Source: Crocinitomicaceae bacterium
GTDB lineage: Bacteria > Patescibacteriota > Minisyncoccia > Phycocordibacterales > UBA1006
NCBI GenBank assembly: GCA_047637555.1
Contig: JBLIKX010000001.1
Coordinates: 8,294 to 72,293 of the forward strand
Length of the DNA: 64,000 nucleotides
Reading direction: 5' to 3'
How positions within the stretch are numbered: position 1 is the first letter of the stretch; each line of letters starts with the position of its first letter. Shown one piece after another: positions 56,509 through 64,000 of the stretch. The translations under genes and the position numbers were made by a program. The notes under the pieces are model-generated. The model did no database searches, was not told the DNA's origin, and was given only the letters and a program-made list of their open reading frames with translations.

Positions 56509-57600
56509 ATGCAAAAACAAGAAAATAAAAAAACAATATTCGTAGGGGTTTCTGGTGGGGTAGACTCATCGGTTTCTGCTGCACTCTTAAAAGATCAGGG
56601 ATATTATGTCGTTGGTGTTTTTATGCGCACATGGCAACCAGATTGGATTGAATGTACTTGGACAGACGAACGGCGTGATGCTATGCGAGTTTGTGCTCAT
56701 TTAGATATCCCTTTCGTAGAGCTAGATCTAGAAAAAGAATACAAAGAAGGTGTAGCTGATTATATGATTAGTGAATATCGTTCTGGCAGGACTCCAAACC
56801 CAGATGTTATGTGTAATAGAGAGGTTAAGTTCGGTGGCTTCTTGAAATGGGCACTGGAAAAAGGTGCTGATTATATCGCGACTGGTCATTACGTAGATAG
56901 GCTTGTTGATGCTGTTGGTACTGTTACTATGTTGCGCGGTAATGATGCTCAAAAAGATCAGTCATATTTTCTTTGGACACTCGAACAAGAGCAATTAAGA
57001 CACGTTCGTTTTCCAATAGGAAACATTCCAAAATCTAAAGTCCGAAAATTAGCAAAACAATATAATCTACCAACAGCAACAAAAAAAGACTCACAAGGTA
57101 TTTGCTTTATTGGAGAAATAGATATGAAAGATTTCCTGGGGCATTATATTGATGAGCAACCAGGTGAGGTTGTAAATGTTTTTGGGGACAAAATTGGTAC
57201 ACACAAAGGGTCATTATTTTATACTATTTCAGAACGTCATGGTTTCACTATTAATCCTCAATACAAAGGAACGAATGACAAACCCTATTATGTTATTGCC
57301 AAAGATCTTGAGCTAAATACTATTACGGTTTCTCAGGAACCAAAAAAAAACCAAGGAACTAAGAAAAAAGTATCACTTATTGATATTGTTGATAATAAAA
57401 ATCATCTCAAAAAAGGAATGATACTTCAGGTGCAAATTCGCTATAGAGGTCAGGTAAAGAATATCAAGATTTTAGATATTAATTGCGAACAAAAAACAGC
57501 AGAAATAGAATTTTTTGAATCTGATGCTACTCTTGCAGCAGGGCAGTCAGTAGTTTTCTATAGAGAACAGGAATGCCTTGGAGGAGGTATTCTTGCCTAA
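56509..57600 (+). CDS. mnmA: tRNA 2-thiouridine(34) synthase
   Basis: 363 aa; PP-loop VGVSGGVDSSVSA, catalytic Cys region NPDVMCNREVKFG and DSQGICFIG. Confidence 0.9.
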   Translation: MQKQENKKTIFVGVSGGVDSSVSAALLKDQGYYVVGVFMRTWQPDWIECTWTDERRDAMRVCAHLDIPFVELDLEKEYKEGVADYMISEYRSGRTPNPDVMCNREVKFGGFLKWALEKGADYIATGHYVDRLVDAVGTVTMLRGNDAQKDQSYFLWTLEQEQLRHVRFPIGNIPKSKVRKLAKQYNLPTATKKDSQGICFIGEIDMKDFLGHYIDEQPGEVVNVFGDKIGTHKGSLFYTISERHGFTINPQYKGTNDKPYYVIAKDLELNTITVSQEPKKNQGTKKKVSLIDIVDNKNHLKKGMILQVQIRYRGQVKNIKILDINCEQKTAEIEFFESDATLAAGQSVVFYREQECLGGGILA

Positions 57601-57957
57601 ATTTAATATATATTGTTTTATTCAACTAATGGGTTTATCTATGATTTCTGATAATTTTTTTTGCTACATGCTACATTAATGAAGTAAGTGCCGCTTATGA
57701 ATCAGGTGAAATTATTGGAGAGCATTATTGAAAATTAGCTATTGCAATTAACAAAAATACAATTTACCAAGTGTTACAAGATCTAAAGAATAAGCTGCAT
57801 TTCTATTTTTATTAATAAGTGCACTTGCTCCTAAAATTGGATTTAGTCATGGAAAATGGTGAAGACGGTTTGCCCTAACACTAGGGTACATACTCGTGCG
57901 GGTCTAGCTTGTCTTTATTTTATGGTGTAGCATTTAATTTTTTTTAGAAAATAATAA

Positions 57958-57984
57958 CCCCCGAGTTTATCGGGGGACTTTTTT
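57958..57984 (+). terminator. strong intrinsic terminator of an unassigned unit
   Basis: GC-rich 7-bp stem CCCCCGA-gttta-TCGGGGG followed by ACTTTTTT. Confidence 0.75.
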
Positions 57985-58014
57985 ATCTAAAGTGTATCAT
58001 GGTAGTATATAATT

Positions 58015-58494
58015 ATGACAGAATTTGAAATGATATTACGATTGGTACTAGCCTTAGTACTTGGTGCGTTTATTGGCGTAGAGCGAATCCATGCAGGAAA
58101 AAGTGCAGGAATTAGAACTCTCGGATTGGTTGCCTTGGGTTCAGCATTATTTACTATTATCTCGGAAAACGTTGTTGCTGGGTATCCTGGTCTAGACGTT
58201 GATCCATTACGCGTTGGTGCTCAGATAGTAACAGGTATTGGTTTCTTAGGAGCTGGTATGATTATATTTAAGCAAGATCACCTTTCAAACCTTACAACAG
58301 CTGCTGGGGTTTGGGTTGCGGCAGGAATTGGAATGTCGGTTGGTTTTGGTATGTATGGAGTGGGGATTGCGGTAACTATACTTGTTATTATTACCTTTTC
58401 TTTAATGCTTAATTTAGAAATTTACGTTAAACGATTATTTAACAAAAATAACCATTCACAAAAAAATGACCTTACTGAATCTGCTATGAAATAG
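58015..58494 (+). CDS. mgtC: MgtC/SapB-family membrane protein
   Basis: 159 aa; RLVLALVLGAFIGVER...GIRTLGLVALGSALF pattern; TGgTAGTAT 6 nt before ATG. Confidence 0.8.
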   Translation: MTEFEMILRLVLALVLGAFIGVERIHAGKSAGIRTLGLVALGSALFTIISENVVAGYPGLDVDPLRVGAQIVTGIGFLGAGMIIFKQDHLSNLTTAAGVWVAAGIGMSVGFGMYGVGIAVTILVIITFSLMLNLEIYVKRLFNKNNHSQKNDLTESAMK

Positions 58495-58558
58495 TTATTG
58501 ATACAAACCTTGTAGGATTTTTCTTGCTCAAAATGAGTCTTCATCTACAATATACGAG

Positions 58559-59197
58559 ATGAATGTTACTGATGTTTCAAAAAAATACTTATGGATAGAG
58601 CTTATATTACTCTTTGTAATTATTCCTCTTTTACTTGCTCTTCCAGCTTTTATAGAATTAAAAATATTCTCTGTAATAATCGGTTTTGTATATGTACTAT
58701 TCGCTCTCTATGAATATACAAAATTCAAAATTAAAAAACCTCAAAAAAAGCTTATTACATTTTTTTGGAAATCAATTATATTTCGTCTAATTCCAATTAT
58801 AATTTTTGGTCTTATTTTTATAAAATTTATATCACCTGAATCTTTCTTTCGTTTGGTTATTGAGGATACTCGTTTGTGGATAGTAATTATTTTTTTCTAT
58901 AGTCTTGGTTCGGTATTACCTCAAGAGATTATTTACCGAAATTTCTTTTTTCAAAGATACCACTCGTTAATATTGAATCGGAAGTTATTTATTATTATAA
59001 ATGCATTTCTTTTTGCAATAAGTCATTCTTTTCTTAATAGTTGGATTGTTATCGCTGTTACGTTCTTGGGTGGATTAATGTTTGCTTTGACCTATGAAAA
59101 AACTAGATCTACGATATTAGTCACCATAGAGCACTCACTCTATGGTTTAGTATTATTTACAATTGGAATTGGCCCATTACTTGCGTTTCCATCTTAG
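58559..59197 (+). CDS. CPBP-family intramembrane metalloprotease (CAAX protease-like)
   Basis: 212 aa polytopic; PQEIIYRNFFF, FAISHSF and EHSLYG motifs. Confidence 0.7.
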   Translation: MNVTDVSKKYLWIELILLFVIIPLLLALPAFIELKIFSVIIGFVYVLFALYEYTKFKIKKPQKKLITFFWKSIIFRLIPIIIFGLIFIKFISPESFFRLVIEDTRLWIVIIFFYSLGSVLPQEIIYRNFFFQRYHSLILNRKLFIIINAFLFAISHSFLNSWIVIAVTFLGGLMFALTYEKTRSTILVTIEHSLYGLVLFTIGIGPLLAFPS

Positions 59198-59345
59198 AAA
59201 AAAACTTAACAGAAATCTCGTATTTATTTTTGTTGCAGAAATTAAATAGATAAAAAGAGAAGTGCTACTATTGTGGATCTATGTAATAAATATAAATCGA
59301 CTTTTTTAATTTGTTTTTTGCCTTCTTTCATTTAGAATGATAGAT

Positions 59346-61157
59346 ATGACATCACAGGAAATACGAAAACGATTCTTAGCGTTCTTTGAAAAACGCGGAC
59401 ATGCTATCTTGCCTTCAGCATCATTAATTACTACTGATGATCCAAAGGCCACAAATGCAACATTATTCAATACTGCGGGTATGCAACCCTTGATTCCTTT
59501 TTTAATGGGACAAAAACATGATACTGGAAAGCGTCTCGCAAGTTCACAAAAATGTGTGCGAACAGGTGACCTGGAAGAAGTCGGTGATAATACTCACGTG
59601 ACATTCTTTGAGATGCTTGGGAACTGGTCTCTTGGTGATTATTTTAAAAAGGAGGCTATCTCTTGGTCATGGGAATTCCTGACTGATACTGATGAAGGTC
59701 TTGGTCTTGATCCAGAGCGTTTATATGTAACAGTATTTATTGGAAATGATATGGTTCCACGTGATAATGAGGCTGTAGAAATTTGGAAACAGTTTATTCC
59801 TGAAAATCGAATTTATTACCGAGACTCAAAAGACAACTGGTGGACCGCAGGACCTAATTCTCCAGCAGGACCATCAACTGAAATATTTTATGACCTTACC
59901 GGAGAACTTGGTGATCTATCTGATACAGAATTTGAAAAAGCTGATAAAGATCAACAGGTCGTGGAGATTTGGAACGATGTATTTATGGTATATAAACAAG
60001 AAAGAGGTGAGGTAACAGGTAAACTCTCACAGAGAAATGTGGATACGGGTGCAGGGTTGGAGCGTTTAACTGCAGTTACGCAAGGAAAAAATAATATTTT
60101 TGATACTGATTTATTTTTACCACTACTAAATATCATAAAGGAAAATGCAGAAAAATATGAACAAAAGCATGCCCGAATTTTAGCTGATCATATTAAGACA
60201 TCTGTATTTCTCATTAATGATGGTGTTATTATTTCAAATACAGGGCGAGGGTATGTACTACGACGTATATTAAGGCGGGCTTATTCATCACTCGAAGCAA
60301 TGGAATGTTCTGAAAAAATTATTCCAGAACTTATTCATACTGTTGTTAATATGTATAAAGATTTATATTTTAAAAATGTTGATGAAAAGAAGATAGCAAT
60401 TAAAATAAAGGTAGTTGCAACAGAAATGGATAAGGTTATTAATATCATCAAGCGTGGAGTAAAAATATTTAAGAAAATAAAAGAAAATCCACATACCTTG
60501 ATTACAGGAAAATTTTTAATGGATCTAGAGCAAACCCAAGGTCTGCCATTATCTATGTCAAAAAAATTGGCCAAAAAATTCGGTATTGAAATTTCAGATG
60601 ACTCATTAGAGGAATGTAAAAAAATAAGAGTTGAACATCAGGAACTATCTCGAACGGGAGCAGATCAAAAATTTAAAGGAGGTTTATCTCAGGACACACC
60701 AAAAATTAGAGCACTTCATACCGCTACGCACTTGATGCTTGCTGGTCTTCGTAAGGAACTCGGAAATGACGTTCATCAAAAAGGTTCAAATATTACCGAA
60801 GAGAGAACACGTTTTGATTTTACGCATGGAGAAAAAGTTTCTCGAGAGATATTAAATAAGGTGGAATTATATGTAAGGGATGCAATTACTACAAATGCGA
60901 AAATGGGCGTTCAGTTAATGGAAAAGGAAAAGGCAAAGAATTCTGATGTTGTTGGTTCATTTTGGGAAAAATATCCAGATATCGTAAAGGTATGGACTAT
61001 TATAGATAAAGACCAAAATATTTACTCAAAGGAATTGTGCGGAGGACCACATGTGGAAGATCTATCACAGATTGCAGAATTTGGGGTATTTAAAATAAAA
61101 AAAGAGGAATCGTCATCCGCAGGCGTTCGTCGTATCAAAGCCATTCTGGAAAAATAA
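59346..61157 (+). CDS. alaS: alanyl-tRNA synthetase, short form (603 aa)
   Basis: Start at MTSQEIRKRF (TAGAAT 7 nt upstream). Catalytic motifs FNTAGMQPL and SQKCVRTGD...THVTFFEMLGNWSLGDYFK; editing-domain HTATHLM...CGGPHV. The sequence ends about 40 residues after CGGPHV. Confidence 0.85.
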   Translation: MTSQEIRKRFLAFFEKRGHAILPSASLITTDDPKATNATLFNTAGMQPLIPFLMGQKHDTGKRLASSQKCVRTGDLEEVGDNTHVTFFEMLGNWSLGDYFKKEAISWSWEFLTDTDEGLGLDPERLYVTVFIGNDMVPRDNEAVEIWKQFIPENRIYYRDSKDNWWTAGPNSPAGPSTEIFYDLTGELGDLSDTEFEKADKDQQVVEIWNDVFMVYKQERGEVTGKLSQRNVDTGAGLERLTAVTQGKNNIFDTDLFLPLLNIIKENAEKYEQKHARILADHIKTSVFLINDGVIISNTGRGYVLRRILRRAYSSLEAMECSEKIIPELIHTVVNMYKDLYFKNVDEKKIAIKIKVVATEMDKVINIIKRGVKIFKKIKENPHTLITGKFLMDLEQTQGLPLSMSKKLAKKFGIEISDDSLEECKKIRVEHQELSRTGADQKFKGGLSQDTPKIRALHTATHLMLAGLRKELGNDVHQKGSNITEERTRFDFTHGEKVSREILNKVELYVRDAITTNAKMGVQLMEKEKAKNSDVVGSFWEKYPDIVKVWTIIDKDQNIYSKELCGGPHVEDLSQIAEFGVFKIKKEESSSAGVRRIKAILEK

Positions 61158-61182
61158 AACACGTAACGACGTGTTTTATTTT
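61156..61182 (+). terminator. intrinsic terminator after alaS
   Basis: AACACGT-aacg-ACGTGTT stem followed by TTATTTT. Confidence 0.6.
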
Positions 61183-61199
61183 GTGATATAATTAAATAT

Positions 61200-61541
61200 A
61201 TGAAAAAAGCCTTTGAATTAGTCCTTGTATTTATTATTTTTTACGGTGTTTATTCTGCGTTCAATAAAATTACATCAGGTTTCATGCCAGAATTATCAAA
61301 ATTCTGGGTGGTTATTATTAGTCTCCTAGTAGCAGCAGGGTTACTCCTGTTATACTCAGGAATCCTTGTTTCAAGAACAAAACTCAAATTAACTGAAAAA
61401 ATGACTAAAACTGTTGTAGAATTGGAACACAAGATTCACGAAAAAGAAGTTGAGATAGAACATAAAGATTCAGAGTTAAAAAATGCTTTTAAGATCAAGC
61501 ATTCAGTAGAAGAAGAAGCGGAGAAAACCCTGCAAAATTAA
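61200..61541 (+). CDS. small membrane protein with C-terminal coiled coil
   Basis: 113 aa; two TM helices then charged heptads; TGaTATAAT 7 nt before ATG. Confidence 0.4.
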   Translation: MKKAFELVLVFIIFYGVYSAFNKITSGFMPELSKFWVVIISLLVAAGLLLLYSGILVSRTKLKLTEKMTKTVVELEHKIHEKEVEIEHKDSELKNAFKIKHSVEEEAEKTLQN

Positions 61542-61563
61542 GAGTTACTTGCCCTATAGTGCT

Positions 61564-62724
61564 ATGTCAAAAAAAATTACTACAAAAAAAAATACCATCA
61601 TTTTCGATATAGATAGTTCATCAATTGGAGCTGCATTAGTTCAATATGGTTATACTGTAAACAAAAAAAATATTTCAACTATTGAGCTGTGTTCTGTTCG
61701 TAAGAATATTACTGGTGGCAATAAATATTCATTTGAAGAATTTTTTAAGAGAACAGCGAGAACTTTAGATGAAGTTGCTCAAGAAATTTATCTCCAATCA
61801 CTCGTACCATTAGACGAAATAGTTATTAATGTCGCTGTTCCTTGGTCGAGTTCACAAAAAAGGAACCTAGTGTATTCTTCAAAAAAAGCTTTTCTTTTTA
61901 CTCATGAGTTATCTACAAAACTTATTCACCAGGATTCTGAACTTTCTTTTGATATAAATATCGACTATGCGGGACATGATGTTGAATTAATACAAAGAAA
62001 AAATCTAGAAGTATATGGAAACGGATACCCTATGAGAAATCCAATAGGTAAAGAAGTCTCAGATATTGAGATACATTTTCTTACATCAGTAATGTCTTCA
62101 GGTACTAAAAATATTTTTACTGACATCATTGAAAGAGTATTTCATAGAACTCCGCGATTTATATCGAACACTTTTGTTCAATATCAGGAACTACGTGTAC
62201 TTTTGCCTCATGTTGATAATGCGGTAATCGTTGATATCAGTGGTGAGGTAACTGAAATGATTGTTGTTAAGGAAGATAATCTATTACATATTGGATCTAT
62301 TCCTGTTGGAACGCAGGGCATCATTCGTCATTTATCTGATGAATTACATATATCTCCCGCAAAAGCACGTACTCTTGTAGATTTATACAAAAACACAGGT
62401 CTTGGTGTTGAATCAAAAGAAACTCAAAATGCTATCAAAAAATCATTTAGGTATTGGTTCAGAGAATTTTATACCCTGCTTGATGACTACAGCAAGCAAG
62501 GACTCCTCCCTCATGTTTTGATCGTTAATGCTCATAATGAAGTTAGGTCGTGGTTTGAAGAATTACTCATGGCAGAGGATTCCCTCAGAGAACATATGCA
62601 TACACAGGGACGAATCGAACTTCTTCATATTCCAATACGAAGTTCTGATGCGAATACTACACACGCTTTTTTGGATCCAGCTCTGGGTATTATTGCTGCG
62701 TATATTGAGCAAGAAACAAAATAA
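61564..62724 (+). CDS. actin-fold ATPase-like protein (distant FtsA/PilM-like)
   Basis: IIFDIDSSSIGAALV (phosphate-1-like) and VVDISGEVTEMIVV...IPVGTQGI (phosphate-2/adenosine-like) in actin-fold order; start ATG 61564 preferred over TTG 61549. Confidence 0.4.
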   Translation: MSKKITTKKNTIIFDIDSSSIGAALVQYGYTVNKKNISTIELCSVRKNITGGNKYSFEEFFKRTARTLDEVAQEIYLQSLVPLDEIVINVAVPWSSSQKRNLVYSSKKAFLFTHELSTKLIHQDSELSFDINIDYAGHDVELIQRKNLEVYGNGYPMRNPIGKEVSDIEIHFLTSVMSSGTKNIFTDIIERVFHRTPRFISNTFVQYQELRVLLPHVDNAVIVDISGEVTEMIVVKEDNLLHIGSIPVGTQGIIRHLSDELHISPAKARTLVDLYKNTGLGVESKETQNAIKKSFRYWFREFYTLLDDYSKQGLLPHVLIVNAHNEVRSWFEELLMAEDSLREHMHTQGRIELLHIPIRSSDANTTHAFLDPALGIIAAYIEQETK

Positions 62725-62729
62725 AAAGT

Positions 62730-64000
62730 ATGAAAAAATCTGGTCGAAAAAAAAATATAGATGGCATTTCATTGCGAAAAAAAAGAACGAGAGCAACTCG
62801 TTCTTTTCATAAAGCAAAGCCGGCTGTAAAAATACCTCTTAATGTATCTACAAAACCAATTACTCGAAGAAGAGATTTAAATATAAAACTCTTCTCTCGC
62901 AAGGAATTACTAAAAAACACACCTCTATATATTTCAAAAGAAGTACTCCCTAGAAGAAACAGGCAGATAAAGAAAAAAATTATTCACACTATTGACAAGG
63001 TTTTCAATCATAAAATCACTTCTTTATTTATTAAGATAATTATTGTGGTTGCTGCTATTTTCATTTTTTTTAATAATCGAGACAGAACTACAATGACCGT
63101 TCGGCCACATTATCAGTACCTTGAGTTATCAGAGTTAATTAAGGTATATAAAAACCCAAAGGAAGGAGATTTAGGTTTTGATATCATTGCTATAACTGAA
63201 GAGGTAACATCTTCGGTAATAGCAGACGAAGAACGCCCAATGCTGGTTAAATCTTCAGGCGAAATAATTATTTATAATAATTATAGTACAGAACCTCAAC
63301 GATTGATTCCTGAGACGCGCTTCAAAACGGCGGGAGGAAAGATTTTTTTCTTAGGAAAGGAAGAAGTAATTATCCCTGGTAAGGTAGGTGATAACATAGG
63401 TAGTACTACGGCTATTGTATATGCAGAAAAAGCAGGGGAACAATATAATATAGATACTACCGATTTTAGCGTTCCAGGTTTTAAGGAGTCTGGATTGATT
63501 GATAAGTATAATGGAATATATGCAGTCTCTACACAAATGATGGAAGGGGGGTTCATTGGGAGTGAAGCATATGTTTCTGAAAATGAACGTTTAAAGGCAG
63601 AACAAGCATTAAGCATAGATCTTGTTGATCGACTCCGCAGTAGACTTAATAGGGAAAAAACAGAGAATACTTTCTTAGTAGAGGGGAGTGAAAAGTATAG
63701 GTTTAAAGAGTCAGAATACCTTTCAGATGCTCTTGGTTCTGCGGGTGTATTATCCCAACGGGGAACTATTCTCGCTATTGTTGTAGGTAATAAATTCCTA
63801 GGTGAATACATTGCAGATAATTATTTTGAAATAAGTGATACTGAAAGTGTTAAGATGTTACAGTATGATGATGCACGCTTAACACTCAATAATAATACTT
63901 TTGATTTTGAGAATAGTGATATTGCCGAAATTAATGTTTCAGGTTCACTTCTTTATGTATGGAACATTAATAAAGAGTCATTAGCAAATAACATAACAAA
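62730..64000 (+). CDS. hypothetical bitopic membrane protein, 3'-truncated by window end
   Basis: Open frame from ATG 62730 to the window edge (absent from the track because no stop is reached). Basic ~100-aa N-terminus, TM helix IKIIIVVAAIFIFF, then a large extracytoplasmic part. The 171-aa antisense track ORF 63296-63811 is its shadow. Confidence 0.55.
   Translation, partial: MKKSGRKKNIDGISLRKKRTRATRSFHKAKPAVKIPLNVSTKPITRRRDLNIKLFSRKELLKNTPLYISKEVLPRRNRQIKKKIIHTIDKVFNHKITSLFIKIIIVVAAIFIFFNNRDRTTMTVRPHYQYLELSELIKVYKNPKEGDLGFDIIAITEEVTSSVIADEERPMLVKSSGEIIIYNNYSTEPQRLIPETRFKTAGGKIFFLGKEEVIIPGKVGDNIGSTTAIVYAEKAGEQYNIDTTDFSVPGFKESGLIDKYNGIYAVSTQMMEGGFIGSEAYVSENERLKAEQALSIDLVDRLRSRLNREKTENTFLVEGSEKYRFKESEYLSDALGSAGVLSQRGTILAIVVGNKFLGEYIADNYFEISDTESVKMLQYDDARLTLNNNTFDFENSDIAEINVSGSLLYVWNINKESLANNIT

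Noticed and set aside
57840-58014. Mg2+ (M-box) riboswitch upstream of the MgtC-family gene
   Set aside because: The segment is far shorter than an M-box and shows none of the conserved M-box sequence I can recall. The terminator is followed by a separate -10 box for mgtC rather than leading directly into the ORF.

Overview
AT-rich (about one-third G+C by eye), very compact 64-kb chromosomal segment. Gene content and miniaturised proteins look like a Patescibacteria/CPR-type bacterium; this is an inference, since no rRNA lies in the window. There are about 65 protein genes, mostly housekeeping: a pentose-phosphate/glycolysis cluster (rpiB, rpe-like, split transketolase, PfkB kinase, class II aldolase), truB, fmt-def, hisS, lepB, trmD, an rpoB-rpoC-dnaG-rpoD block, rpsB-tsf, proS, mreBC, tgt, rpmA, uvrB, uvrA, mltG, mnmA and alaS. 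RNA genes are one tRNA-Thr(UGU), a compact type-A RNase P RNA, and a truncated tRNA-Thr(GGU) 5' fragment. I found no CRISPR array, integrase, transposase or recognisable multi-gene defence system. No clearly novel multi-gene system emerges. The features that ordinary annotation does not explain are: (i) a perfect 47-bp x3.9 tandem array between def and hisS that decodes as four ATGA-coupled micro-ORFs (MKKRAIATIMNLC...), with a diverged single copy 28 kb away; (ii) a window-wide leaderless layout (-10 box 6-9 nt before the ATG, no SD), contrasted with a few canonical -35/-10 promoters that have long leaders; (iii) a leaderless micro-ORF pair plus hairpin directly upstream of the rpoB promoter, sharing a 14-mer with the rpoB leader; (iv) two decayed type IV pilin genes, a tRNA remnant abutting rnpB, and an orphan terminator-bounded unit after mnmA; (v) a stand-alone PIF1/RecD-like helicase cassette; (vi) unusual domain architectures (mycoredoxin-like::PhnA-C fusion, DnaG zinc ribbon lacking its ligands, 150-aa EF-Ts, 603-aa AlaRS, coiled-coil ORF inside a split transketolase operon). 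All functional calls rest on motif recognition by eye. No database searches, folding or statistics programs were run.
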